From Thermoplasmatota archaeon (GTDB lineage Archaea > Thermoplasmatota > E2 > JACPAO01 > JAHFTW01), in the NCBI GenBank assembly GCA_041601615.1, contig JBFIHX010000002.1:64001-128000 (forward strand): a stretch of 64,000 nucleotides of DNA. Direction: 5' to 3'. Made by a program: the position numbers and the translations under genes. The notes below the pieces were generated by a model. The model ran no database searches. It saw only the letters and a list, made by a program, of their open reading frames with translations, and was not told the origin of the DNA. Shown here piece after piece: positions 9,940 to 19,458 of this stretch. Each line of letters starts with the position of its first letter. Position 1 is the first letter of the stretch.

Positions 9940-10494
9940 TCAGCACTGTCGGATGCCAGGAGTCAGGTCCTCCTTCTCGCAAATGTGCCCTCCCGTGATG
10001 GCTTCGCCGCGACCATCGACGTAGTTGTAGCAATCCAGCGGATCCGGGAAGACCGTGCACGGGCTGTCGGAGGTCGAAATCAAGGCACCCGGGTCCACTC
10101 CGAACGTGTTGGCCGACTGGACCGTGACCACATAGGGAGACTCCACCGCGACACGCACGCCAGTGACGGTGATGTCGAAGGCAGTGCAGTAGTTGGCAAT
10201 GAAGGAGATCGTGGCGACGCCATTGGCACCATCGGCGTGCTGACCTCGAACGTCGAGGTCCACGCGGTCAAGGGGCGTCGCGTAGCTCAACGTGACCGTG
10301 TAGAGCTTCGGAATCCAAATGGCAAGGCAATCCATGTCACCATGGGTGCTGAAACGGTGGGTGTCCACGTCGTTTGTGTCCACGGTGCCGACGAAGGGGC
10401 CGGGGCTGGGGAGGCCTCCGATGCCGGCTAGAGAGCCTGGTGCAAGGAGGAGGGCAGTCGCGAGCAAGCCTAGGAATGCGGGAAATACGCGCAT
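9940..10494 (-). CDS. secreted hypothetical protein (beta-rich, Cys-containing)
   Basis: signal peptide MRVFPAFLGLLATALLLAPGSLA. Confidence 0.65.
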   Translation of the reverse strand: MRVFPAFLGLLATALLLAPGSLAGIGGLPSPGPFVGTVDTNDVDTHRFSTHGDMDCLAIWIPKLYTVTLSYATPLDRVDLDVRGQHADGANGVATISFIANYCTAFDITVTGVRVAVESPYVVTVQSANTFGVDPGALISTSDSPCTVFPDPLDCYNYVDGRGEAITGGHICEKEDLTPGIRQC

Positions 10495-10630
10495 GAAGTG
10501 TGATTGTCGCATAGGGCATCAGGGTTTGCAGGAGGGCCCGGTGTATCTACTTCGCAATTCTCCATACATGCAAGGAATGTGTTACGAAAATCACCAGCAA
10601 GTTTGATGATGCTGTGGTTGATTCCATTTC

Positions 10631-10894
10631 ATGCGCGCCCTCACCATCTGCGCAGCCATTCTACTGACCCTCGTGCCGACCACTTCCGCCCACGACAACC
10701 CGCCACCAGACCCCACTTTGCTCGGGCACCACTACTGCCAGATTTCGTTGCCCCTGTGGGACTATGCCATGTGCCAGGAATCATATTGGCTCAGTGCCGC
10801 CACGCAATTCATCACCTTGGGCCTGCCCTGGACCGTGTACACTGGTCACCAAGCTGGCTGCCATGTCGTTGGTGGACCCGCCTGCATCATGTAA
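10631..10894 (+). CDS. small secreted Cys/His-containing protein
   Basis: signal peptide ending TSA; four Cys in mature part; AT-rich upstream region. Confidence 0.55.
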   Translation: MRALTICAAILLTLVPTTSAHDNPPPDPTLLGHHYCQISLPLWDYAMCQESYWLSAATQFITLGLPWTVYTGHQAGCHVVGGPACIM

Positions 10895-10970
10895 TCAGGA
10901 TTCGCCAGCCAAGCCCACGCGCCCCTCGGAGGGCCAACGATGATGAACAAGGCCCGCTTCGGCATGGCCT

Positions 10971-12413
10971 ATGCCCCACTTGAGCGCCGCATACTCCGTG
11001 ACTGCACGGCTGGAGATTGACAACCGCCCCGGCATGCTTGGTCGCATCGCGACGCGAGTTGGAGAACTGGGCGGAAGCTTGGGCGCCATCGACATGGTGC
11101 GCACTACCGACAACGGCCGCACCATGATTCGCGACCTGCAAATCGAAGCCGAGGACGAAACGCACGAACGCCGCATCCGCGACGGCCTCCAAGGCATGCA
11201 AGGCGTGAATGTTCTTGCCGTATCAGATTTGACATTCCTTGCGCACCTTGGCGGCAAAATCGAAGTCCACAGCAAGCTGCCTCTGAAAACCCGAGCTGAG
11301 CTTTCCATGGCTTACACGCCGGGTGTCGCCCGCGTCTGCCGCGCCATCGCAAAAGACCCGTCCGCCAGCCACAACCTTACCATCCGCCGCAACACCGTCG
11401 CCGTGGTGTCCGACGGCAGCGCCATTCTTGGCCTTGGAAACCTCGGCCCCATGGCCGCCATGCCCGTAATGGAAGGCAAGGCACAGCTCTTCAAGGAATT
11501 CGGCGGCGTAAACGCCTTCCCGCTCTGCATCGACCTGCACTCGGCCGACGAAATCGTCGACTTCGTCAAGGCCATCGCCCCCACCTTTGGCGGCATCAAC
11601 CTCGAAGACATCGCCGCACCCACCTGCTTTGAAGTGGAACGCCGCCTCAAAGAAGACCTGGACATCCCCGTCTTCCACGACGACCAACACGGCACCGCCG
11701 TCGTGATGCTCGCCGGCATCATCAACGCCCTCAAAGTCGTCAAGAAGGCCCTCGTCGACTGTAAGATCGTCTTCAGTGGCGTCGGAGCCAGCGGCACCGC
11801 CTGCACCAAGATTCTGCTTGCCGCCGGAGCCAAGAACATCATCGGCTGCGACAGCCGCGGCGCCGTCCACCTCGGCCGCACGGACTTGAACCCAAGCAAG
11901 CGCGAATACGCCGAAATCACCAACCCCGACGGATTCTCGGGCACGGTCCAAGAAGCCCTCGCCGGAGCCGACATATTCGTGGGCCTCTCGGGACCAAACC
12001 TCCTGAAGCGCGCCGACGTAGAAGCGATGGCCGACAAGCCCATCGTTTTTGCCATGGCCAACCCCGACCCCGAAATCACTCCCGAAGAAGCAGGCGACAA
12101 GGTAGCCGTCATGGCCACCGGCCGCAGCGACTACCCCAACCAAATCAACAACGTCCTGTGCTTCCCCGGCATCTTCCGAGGCGCCCTAGACGCCAGCGCC
12201 ACGGACATCAACGAACCCATGAAACTGGCCGCGGCCCACGCCATCGCCAGCCTGGTCGCCCCCGAGGAATTGGGCCCCGAATACATCATCCCCAGCGTCT
12301 TCCACCCACGCGTTGGCAAGGTCGTCGCTCGCGCCGTCAAGAAGGCCGCCATCGAAAGCGGTGTATGCCGCACACGCCACAAGCGCTACGAGTCCCTGGA
12401 AGCCACAAGCTGA
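10971..12413 (+). CDS. NAD(P)-dependent malic enzyme with N-terminal ACT domain
   Basis: ACT motif NRPGMLG; AYTPGVA; MPVMEGK; INLEDI; FHDDQHGTA; ATGRSDYPNQINN. Confidence 0.95.
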   Translation: MPHLSAAYSVTARLEIDNRPGMLGRIATRVGELGGSLGAIDMVRTTDNGRTMIRDLQIEAEDETHERRIRDGLQGMQGVNVLAVSDLTFLAHLGGKIEVHSKLPLKTRAELSMAYTPGVARVCRAIAKDPSASHNLTIRRNTVAVVSDGSAILGLGNLGPMAAMPVMEGKAQLFKEFGGVNAFPLCIDLHSADEIVDFVKAIAPTFGGINLEDIAAPTCFEVERRLKEDLDIPVFHDDQHGTAVVMLAGIINALKVVKKALVDCKIVFSGVGASGTACTKILLAAGAKNIIGCDSRGAVHLGRTDLNPSKREYAEITNPDGFSGTVQEALAGADIFVGLSGPNLLKRADVEAMADKPIVFAMANPDPEITPEEAGDKVAVMATGRSDYPNQINNVLCFPGIFRGALDASATDINEPMKLAAAHAIASLVAPEELGPEYIIPSVFHPRVGKVVARAVKKAAIESGVCRTRHKRYESLEATS

Positions 12414-12511
12414 CCCGATAGGCGACCCGCAAAACCGGGGACGGCATGCGGCGCCGCCATATCTCGTAGCAGAATACAAGTACCGATGCAGACCAATCAA
12501 CAGGGTCTGCC

Positions 12512-13003
12512 ATGTACACTTCCGTCATTCGCGACCATTTTGCCGCCGTCCTGCGCATCAGCCTCGGCTGGGTCTTCTTCTGGGCATTCCTGGACAAATT
12601 CCTCGGGCTCGGCTATGCCACCCCCCGCGCCCGCGCATGGGTCAACGGCGGCAGCCCCACCCAAGGATTCCTGGGCAACGTCGAGGGGCCCTTCGAGTGG
12701 CTGTTTTCTCCCATGGCCGGCAACGTCGCCATCGACGCCATCTTCATGCTGGGGCTGCTGGGCATCGGACTAGCATTCCTGTTCGGCATCGGCATGCACA
12801 TTGCCGGCTGGAGCGGCGCCGTGATGTTGACACTCATGTGGCTCGCCGTCCTGCCACTCACAAACAACCCCTTCATGGACGACCACCTGATCTACGCCGT
12901 GGCAATGCTGCTCCTGGTGTTCATGCACTCCGGACGAACCTGGGGCTTTGGTGATTGGTGGAGCAAGCATCACGTCGTCCAGCGATACAGGTGGCTCGAA
13001 TGA
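12512..13003 (+). CDS. DoxX-family membrane protein
   Basis: LRISLGWVFFWAFLDK; NPFMDDHLIYA. Confidence 0.85.
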   Translation: MYTSVIRDHFAAVLRISLGWVFFWAFLDKFLGLGYATPRARAWVNGGSPTQGFLGNVEGPFEWLFSPMAGNVAIDAIFMLGLLGIGLAFLFGIGMHIAGWSGAVMLTLMWLAVLPLTNNPFMDDHLIYAVAMLLLVFMHSGRTWGFGDWWSKHHVVQRYRWLE

Positions 13004-13458
13004 GCACCAAATCCCCGGCGACAACCCACGCCAAGCCTCGAGCCAGTGCCCCCAAGGCCTCGAAAACGGAAGCCCGCCCCGACGCTCGCCCCGTGCGCCG
13101 CGTCGTGGTCCCCATCGAAGGAACCGACAGCGAATTCTTGACCCAGGAACTCGCAGCAGAATGGGCCTCTGCCCTCGGCGTATCCGCCCACGCCGTCCAC
13201 GTAAGCGCCGCCCCCGACGAAGCCAACGAAGACCTCTGGAGCTATTTTCAGAAAGCCTGCGACCGCTGGGGTGTCGAACTAGACACGCAACAATTGGCCG
13301 GCACCGACGCAGCCCAGGAAATCCTCGCTGAATTGGACGCCATGGACTTGCTCGTCATTGGAACACGCCGACTCACGGGCCGATTCCACGTGGGAAGTGT
13401 CACGCAGGCGATTTTGCGGGACGCTCCTTGTGCCGTGCAAGTAGTGCGGTTGGAGTAG
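13000..13458 (+). CDS. universal stress protein
   Basis: VVVPIEG; DLLVIGT; GSVTQAILRDAPCAVQVV; start overlaps doxX stop. Confidence 0.9.
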   Translation: MSTKSPATTHAKPRASAPKASKTEARPDARPVRRVVVPIEGTDSEFLTQELAAEWASALGVSAHAVHVSAAPDEANEDLWSYFQKACDRWGVELDTQQLAGTDAAQEILAELDAMDLLVIGTRRLTGRFHVGSVTQAILRDAPCAVQVVRLE

Positions 13459-13497
13459 GTCGGGAGCCCAAGCGCCCCCTGCAGCTACGGCGCGAAC

Positions 13498-13710
13498 CTA
13501 CGACCAGATTACGCCAGTAGCCCAATGCACCCCGAACGCCACGAGAACGACGCCCACAACTTGCAAGAACCGAGGCGCAGCACCCTTCCATATCATGCGC
13601 GCACGAGCCTCCAAGAGCCGATACGGCACGAATTTCGTCTTGGTCGTGGAGCCAAGAAAGAACAACAGCCCCATGACCGCCATTAGAGAGCCCCACGCAA
13701 TCTCCAGCAT
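13498..13710 (-). CDS. small 2-TM membrane protein
   Basis: two hydrophobic helices with a basic loop. Confidence 0.5.
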   Translation of the reverse strand: MLEIAWGSLMAVMGLLFFLGSTTKTKFVPYRLLEARARMIWKGAAPRFLQVVGVVLVAFGVHWATGVIWS

Positions 13711-13793
13711 CACGCTGCACCCCCCGCGCTCGATAGAAGATTGTCCAACCAACCCGAGGCCAGGCAAACCATCCTCCGTTTGCTTGGCGGACC

Positions 13794-13856
13794 GTTCTAA
13801 CCTTGTCCGAGACCGGTTATATGCGAAGGGGTCGGACTAAGGGGTTGTCCAGGAGG
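13794..13856 (+). promoter_or_regulatory. putative operator + TATA box + Shine-Dalgarno for gene 13865
   Basis: GTTCTAACCTTGTCCGA-N4-GGTTATA, matched at 34138-34165 on the minus strand; AGGAGG at 13851-13856. Confidence 0.55.
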
Positions 13857-13864
13857 ACGCGCAC

Positions 13865-14644
13865 ATGACCAAGACGACCAAAATTCTGACTCTCCTTGCC
13901 CTCACCGCTTTGGTGATGGGCGCCATCGCCTCTCCGGCACTTGCTCGCGAACACGACGACGAGGACGGCAGCGACCGACCCGGACGCGACGCACGACCGG
14001 ATCAAGCCGAACGCAAGAGCGACCGACAAGAAGCCAAGTCGGACCGCCCCGAGCGCCACATCGCCGAACGCTGCAAAGACGCCGCAAACTCAACCGATGA
14101 AATTCCCGCCGCTTGCAAACGCATCGCCAAATCCATGGGCGCACTGGCCCGCTGCCGCGCTGCCGCCGCCGACAACAGCACCGACGACAACTCCAGCAAA
14201 CTCCCCTCCTCCTGTGACCGCCTCCTAGAGGTCCACGACGGCGAACACAAAGCCCGCCGCGCCGCCCACGCCATCATCAAAGCAATCGACGCACTCGAAC
14301 ACCGTGTCGCCCGCCTCGAAATGAAGGAAATGAAGATCCAAGAGCAACTCGATGAGGGCAACCTCACCGTCGAAAACGCCACCAAGGCTCAGGACCGCAT
14401 CGACCGCATCCAAGAAGCGCAAGACAAGGCCCTAGAGCGCATCGAGCACCTCGAAGCGCGCCTAGAAGCGATCAAGGAACGCTGGGACGGTGCCCGCGAG
14501 CACGCCGACGCCCAGAAAGAAAAGCGCGAAAAGGCCCACGGCGACCACCATGATGACGAGGAGCACGAGGCCGAGAGCGAGGACGAAGAAGAGGATGAGG
14601 CCTCGGCTTCCAGCGGCAACAGCACTGCCGACCCCGCTCCCTAG
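13865..14644 (+). CDS. secreted coiled-coil protein with His/acidic tail
   Basis: signal peptide ending PALA; Cys pairs; heptad-like region; HGDHHDDEEH tail. Confidence 0.75.
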   Translation: MTKTTKILTLLALTALVMGAIASPALAREHDDEDGSDRPGRDARPDQAERKSDRQEAKSDRPERHIAERCKDAANSTDEIPAACKRIAKSMGALARCRAAAADNSTDDNSSKLPSSCDRLLEVHDGEHKARRAAHAIIKAIDALEHRVARLEMKEMKIQEQLDEGNLTVENATKAQDRIDRIQEAQDKALERIEHLEARLEAIKERWDGAREHADAQKEKREKAHGDHHDDEEHEAESEDEEEDEASASSGNSTADPAP

Positions 14645-14667
14645 AACTTGACCGCCCCCGCGCCCTC

Positions 14668-14710
14668 CCGGGCCGGGCCGCTTAGCCGGTTCGACCCGGA
14701 CCCCTTTTTC
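14668..14710 (+). terminator. GC hairpin followed by T tract
   Basis: CCGGG-CCGGGCCG...CGGTTCG-ACCCGG, then CCCCTTTTTC after stop of gene 13865. Confidence 0.4.
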
Positions 14711-14733
14711 ACCCACTCTCGGTTGTCCCTACC

Positions 14734-15246
14734 ATGAAGTCTCTGAATCCCGCCCGCATAACGCTACCATTCCTGGCCTTGGCCATGCTCGCCGTGCCCG
14801 TCGCTTCCGCCCAAGACGACGCATGCAGCCAAAGCGATCCATGCCCCTGGGCCCTAGACGTCTACGAGGCAGGCTTCGATGTTTCCGATGAGAGCCTGAA
14901 TGCCACCATCGACGACTGGTACACCCTGAACATCTTCAACCTTGACGACGTTGCGCACACCATCACCCTCGAAGGCCACGGCGTGCAAGTCACCGTCGCG
15001 CCCCTGGAGGAAGCCACATCCGCGCCCTTCCAGCTCACCCAAGCCGGCGTATTCAGCCTCGACGACGAACCCACTGGTGATTTCGTACTGGTCCAGGTCT
15101 TTGAAACGGACGTCGTGGACGAAGAAGCGGATGCCGCCACCACGGCCGCAGGAAACGAAGACGCCGTAGGCAAGGACCAACCGCTGCCACTCACAGTGGC
15201 CCTGGGAGCGCTGCTTGTTTCGGCGTTCCTTTTGCGCCGACGCTAG
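14734..15246 (+). CDS. secreted cupredoxin-like protein with C-terminal anchor
   Basis: NLDDVAHTITLEG...VAP...AGVF pattern without Cys/Met ligands; KDQP-TM-RRR. Confidence 0.6.
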   Translation: MKSLNPARITLPFLALAMLAVPVASAQDDACSQSDPCPWALDVYEAGFDVSDESLNATIDDWYTLNIFNLDDVAHTITLEGHGVQVTVAPLEEATSAPFQLTQAGVFSLDDEPTGDFVLVQVFETDVVDEEADAATTAAGNEDAVGKDQPLPLTVALGALLVSAFLLRRR

Positions 15247-15331
15247 TTCCCATGGATTGCCCCGGCCGATGGCACCGTGTTGCCCCCGTTTCCGTGCGCT
15301 CCGCCCCTGTCGCCGGTCTCTCGTCGCGCAT

Positions 15332-16600
15332 TCAAGAGGAGAGCAGGTCCTTGTGGATCTGGCCGTCCTTGATGATCAAGAGGAAGTTTTTGACCGGGTC
15401 CGCGACGACCTTCAGATCCTCCAGGGGGTTGCCCTCCACGAGCAACAAATCCGCCATGGCACCCGTCTCGATGACGCCGACCTTGCCGGGGTACGGATTG
15501 CGCGGGCCGGACAATTGAATCAATTCGGAGGCGTTTCCGGTGGCTTGCCGCAGCGCTTCAAGGGGCGTAAACCAGGTGCCAAGACTTGCCAGCATCGCGT
15601 TTTGGTGTGCCGGGAAGGAGCCATCTCCTAGGTGCAAGTCGGTGCCGAAGGCAATCTTGACTCCGAGTCGTTTGGCCTCCTTGTACATGGCCTGGGTCGC
15701 CTTGGCCACTGCCTTGCGCTTCGGGTTTTTGGTGCCGGGAAACTCAAACGGTTGGGTGCTTAGCCAGATGCCCTCGGCGGCCATGATTTTCATGGTGGAC
15801 TCCGTCAAGTGGTGCCCGTGCTCGATCACCTTCACGCCAGCCCTGATGCTGCGCTGGGCGGCTTCGTCGTGGTAGCAGTGGACGGCAACGTAGGTGTTCC
15901 AATCCCGCGCCGCCGCCACCGCCGCTTCGATTTCCGCGGTGGTGAATTGGCTCACATCCAAGGGGTCGTAGACGCCGGAAGCACTTCCGCTGGTGGCGAG
16001 TTTGATCTGCGAAGCGCCCTTGCGAAGGTTTTCTCGGGTCGCCGCCAATACCCCTGCGACTCCGTCCACGACGCGGGCAAAACCGACGCGCTCAATGACA
16101 CTGGGGTCGCCGCCAAAGTGCCGGGCGCACATGCAGGGAAACACGTAGTCGCCGTGCCCAGAGGTCTGGGAGATCATCGCGCCGGACGGGTAGATGCGGG
16201 GGCCGGGAATGAATCGGTGGTCGATGGCTTTCTTGATGCCAAACACCGCGCCGGCCATGTCTCGGACGGTGGTGAAGCCACGCATCAGGGTCGCCTCCGC
16301 TTCCGCAACGGCCACCGCGACGTGGTAGTCGACGCTGTTGGTAAACAGGTCTTGCGGGGTGATGTTGGCAATGTAGGCGTGCCAGTGGCAGTCGATGAGG
16401 CCGGGCATCAATACGCGACCGCCGCCGTCAATGACCTTGGCACCCTCGCGCTCGGCGGCCGCAAACGGTCCCGCTTGGATGGCCTTGATGCGGTCGCCCT
16501 CGATGCGAACGGAGCCTTCCCTTAGCTCCTCGTGCGTGCCGTCAAAGATGCGGACGTTTTCGATCAGAATCGGGGCGGACGAGGGGGCTTGCGGTTGCAT
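15332..16600 (-). CDS. metal-dependent amidohydrolase (prolidase-like)
   Basis: LMPGLIDCHWH; GFTTVRD; VAVHC; IEHG; AFGTD; ADLLLV. Confidence 0.9.
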   Translation of the reverse strand: MQPQAPSSAPILIENVRIFDGTHEELREGSVRIEGDRIKAIQAGPFAAAEREGAKVIDGGGRVLMPGLIDCHWHAYIANITPQDLFTNSVDYHVAVAVAEAEATLMRGFTTVRDMAGAVFGIKKAIDHRFIPGPRIYPSGAMISQTSGHGDYVFPCMCARHFGGDPSVIERVGFARVVDGVAGVLAATRENLRKGASQIKLATSGSASGVYDPLDVSQFTTAEIEAAVAAARDWNTYVAVHCYHDEAAQRSIRAGVKVIEHGHHLTESTMKIMAAEGIWLSTQPFEFPGTKNPKRKAVAKATQAMYKEAKRLGVKIAFGTDLHLGDGSFPAHQNAMLASLGTWFTPLEALRQATGNASELIQLSGPRNPYPGKVGVIETGAMADLLLVEGNPLEDLKVVADPVKNFLLIIKDGQIHKDLLSS

Positions 16601-16717
16601 CGAAGGTCCTTCTGGAAACGCCGGAGATCCGTGACGGCTCCGGCTTGCTGGGACCATTTGGGGCTAGGATATAGAATGCGGACCCAGCAAGGCGTCGACA
16701 GGGCTAGGAAGCGCGGT

Positions 16718-17650
16718 TCAGTCGAGGAGGCCCAGTTCTTCGTCAGGTTCGGTGATGCTGCAGCTGCCGATGCTGAACGGCACTTCGACGCTGGCTAGAC
16801 CCAAGTCGCCCAAGCCCATCTTGTGGTTGCGCCAGGAGACGCCGCCGCTGAATCCGAAGGCGCTGGCGTCGGTCTCGCCAATGCAGGCCGCCAATTCTGC
16901 GCCCGCCAGGCCCTTGCTCTGGGCCAAGCGCAAGCCGACTGCGAGGCCCAAAAATCCAGCGGTGTTGCCGTGTGCCGGGTCGACCACTGCGTGATGCAGG
17001 CCCTGCGTCGCCTTGAATGGGATGCCGTAGTTGGACATAGCCGGCAGAATCGCTGCGAGCGTCTCGGGCCCAAGGGCGGTGGGGCCAGCACAACGTACTT
17101 TGAGGCCCACCGGAGGCAGTTCCGTGTCTTCGTTGATGGCGTCCAGCAGCGTCATCATTCGTTCCAAGCCACTGTCGGCCCACTGTGCTTCGGTCCAGCG
17201 CGGCTCGATGTACAGGTAGACTTCGGAGTCGCGCATCAAGTGGCGAGCCACGGCGAGGGTGGCCGCGATGGCGCCGGGGCCGTCTTTGAGCGTGTCGTCG
17301 AAGGTCATTTCGAGCGCCGTGATGAACCGAGGATAGTCTGCTTGCGAACCCTCTTCGTTCCAGGCCGTCACGAGGCGAGCGGCGTCTTCGGCGTGGGCAA
17401 TGGGAATGCCGACGAGGCAGACTTGGCATTCCCGTTCGGGGCTCCAGCCGGCAGCTTCTAGGGCTTCGTCCGTCAACAAGTCGAGGTCGGCTTTGTTCAG
17501 GACCATGTCGGCGCCCAAGAGCCCCGGCTCGGCAAGGTCCTCTTCGAAATCCGCCGCGTCCTTGAGTGCCTCTTCGAAGCTCTTGCTGGCGGGCGGGAAC
17601 ATGCCAGCGTGGTCGAATACGCCTTCAAGGAGGGCAGCGCGGGCGTCCAT
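16718..17650 (-). CDS. conserved hypothetical protein associated with FAH
   Basis: FDHAGMFPP, GLKVRCAG, PFKATQGLHH and SIGSCSITEP motifs; start 2 bp after FAH stop. Confidence 0.75.
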   Translation of the reverse strand: MDARAALLEGVFDHAGMFPPASKSFEEALKDAADFEEDLAEPGLLGADMVLNKADLDLLTDEALEAAGWSPERECQVCLVGIPIAHAEDAARLVTAWNEEGSQADYPRFITALEMTFDDTLKDGPGAIAATLAVARHLMRDSEVYLYIEPRWTEAQWADSGLERMMTLLDAINEDTELPPVGLKVRCAGPTALGPETLAAILPAMSNYGIPFKATQGLHHAVVDPAHGNTAGFLGLAVGLRLAQSKGLAGAELAACIGETDASAFGFSGGVSWRNHKMGLGDLGLASVEVPFSIGSCSITEPDEELGLLD

Positions 17651-17652
17651 GG

Positions 17653-18660
17653 TTAGACCTCGGCCTTCTTCATTTCGTGGTCGATGACTCCAAAGACGCT
17701 GCGGCCGTTTTGCTGCACGTCGATGCGCACAGTCTCTCCAAAGCTCATGAAGGGGGTTTTGGGCGCGCCGTGGTGGATGGTTTCCAGCATGCGCACTTCC
17801 GCGATGCAGGAGGCGCCTCGGGATTCGTCTTCGTTGCTGACGGTGCCGGAGCCAATGATGGTGCCGTGGGGCAGCGGGCGGGTCTTGGCGGCGTGTTCGA
17901 TCAACTCGCCAAAGCCGAAGAACATCTCGGGACCGGCGTCGGGGTCGCCGTGCTTTTCTCCGCTGCGCCAGGATTCCATTTTGAGGTGGATGCGACCGTC
18001 TTTCCAGGCGTCGCCGATTTCGTCGGGGGTCACGGCGAAGGGCGCAAAGTGCGTCGGGGGTTTGCCGTGGAAGAAGCCGAAGCCGGCCTTGAGTTCGCGG
18101 GGAATTAGGTTGCGCAGGCTTACGTCGTTCATGGCGCAAAGGAGCTTGACGTGCTTGATTGCGTCGGCGGCTTTGGTGCCCATGGGAACGGCATCCAGAA
18201 CAACGCCCACTTCGGCTTCAAAGTCGATGCCGTAGTCTTCAGAGGGCACGAGGACCGGGTCGTTGGGGCCGTAGAGCGGGTCGCTCACGCCTTGGTACAT
18301 GAGTGGGACCGTGCGCAGGTCTTCGGGGGGCTCGGCGCCGCGTGCTTTGCGAACGAGGATGATGTGCTGGATGTAGGCGCTGCCATCGACCCAGCAAGTG
18401 GTCCGGGGCAGGGGGGCCATCCATTCGATGCTGTCCAGCGCCATGGCGTCGGGCCAGTCGCCGGCCTTGAGTTGGGCATCGATGGCGCGAAGTTTGGGTT
18501 CGAGGTTGTCCCAGTCTTGCATGGCCCAGAAGAGCGTGGGGGCCACGTCTTCGGGCACGAGTGCGGCGGTTCCAGCTTCATCGTTGACTACGACGAGGCG
18601 CCCGTCGCGCTCTTGCCAGAAGTCCTTCGGTTCCTGGACTTTCATCGTTCCCAGCTTCAT
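17653..18660 (-). CDS. fumarylacetoacetate hydrolase family protein
   Basis: DFEAEV; NDVSLRNLIPRELKAGFGF; AVTPDE; IIGSGTVSN. Confidence 0.93.
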   Translation of the reverse strand: MKLGTMKVQEPKDFWQERDGRLVVVNDEAGTAALVPEDVAPTLFWAMQDWDNLEPKLRAIDAQLKAGDWPDAMALDSIEWMAPLPRTTCWVDGSAYIQHIILVRKARGAEPPEDLRTVPLMYQGVSDPLYGPNDPVLVPSEDYGIDFEAEVGVVLDAVPMGTKAADAIKHVKLLCAMNDVSLRNLIPRELKAGFGFFHGKPPTHFAPFAVTPDEIGDAWKDGRIHLKMESWRSGEKHGDPDAGPEMFFGFGELIEHAAKTRPLPHGTIIGSGTVSNEDESRGASCIAEVRMLETIHHGAPKTPFMSFGETVRIDVQQNGRSVFGVIDHEMKKAEV

Positions 18661-18989
18661 GCTCGATGGCGACAGGTGCTCCCGATATGACGGTGCCGCA
18701 CCCGGCGGGCGGATGGCCTTGGAGTTGAGCTTGCGGGCTGGGCCAAGGCAAACTCTGGCCACCTGCAGGCCCTTGAGGACAGCGCCGGGGCATGTGTTGA
18801 AGGTGAAATCGCGGGGGTGTGGGGAGGGGTGGATCTTGCCGAATCAGGCATCGCGGCGCACAGGTGCGGGCCAATTCTGCAAGGATAAACCATTCGTGCT
18901 ACAACATACTAGCAAACCACATTCAACCCACAGATATAATGAACCAATAACGGCCGAATAGGCCCCTTAATTGACCATTAGTTGGGCAA

Positions 18990-19010
18990 TACGTCAACAA
19001 AATTGATGTA
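18990..19010. promoter_or_regulatory. palindromic putative operator
   Basis: TACGTCAA-CAAAA-TTGATGTA in an AT-rich tract upstream of peptide gene 19044. Confidence 0.35.
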
Positions 19011-19043
19011 CATGTGTAAAGAATGGCTGTTCGGGTAACCACC

Positions 19044-19286
19044 ATGCAACCCAAACACCTAGCCATCGCAGCCTGCCTCGCCATCCTAGTCGCCCCCACC
19101 GCCCTCGCGTCCCCAACCTCCCTCCTCGAGACAGAACCGGCGCCCCCCGGCGGCAACTGCTCCGGCGACATCGACTTTGCCTGTTTCCACTGGGAATGCA
19201 CCAACACCTTCTGCATTCGCTTGTTCTGCCCCGTCTACCTGCGCCATGGAAACCATGCAGGCAACACCCTCGCAGGCTGCTTCTAG
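19044..19286 (+). CDS. small secreted Cys-rich peptide
   Basis: signal peptide ending ALA; six Cys in about 58 mature residues. Confidence 0.6.
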   Translation: MQPKHLAIAACLAILVAPTALASPTSLLETEPAPPGGNCSGDIDFACFHWECTNTFCIRLFCPVYLRHGNHAGNTLAGCF

Positions 19287-19458
19287 ACCGGCCCAGATCC
19301 CTCCACCATTCCCCCCGCACCCTTTTGCACATCCAACCGGCCGGACGAGCACAAAACCGTCTCGCAAAACCCCACTCGCCTGCCCTCCAGCGGGCCCCAA
19401 AGCGCCGAGACCAACACCTCCTCTTTTCCAATGACTCCCACTGGCCCGCCACCGCAGC

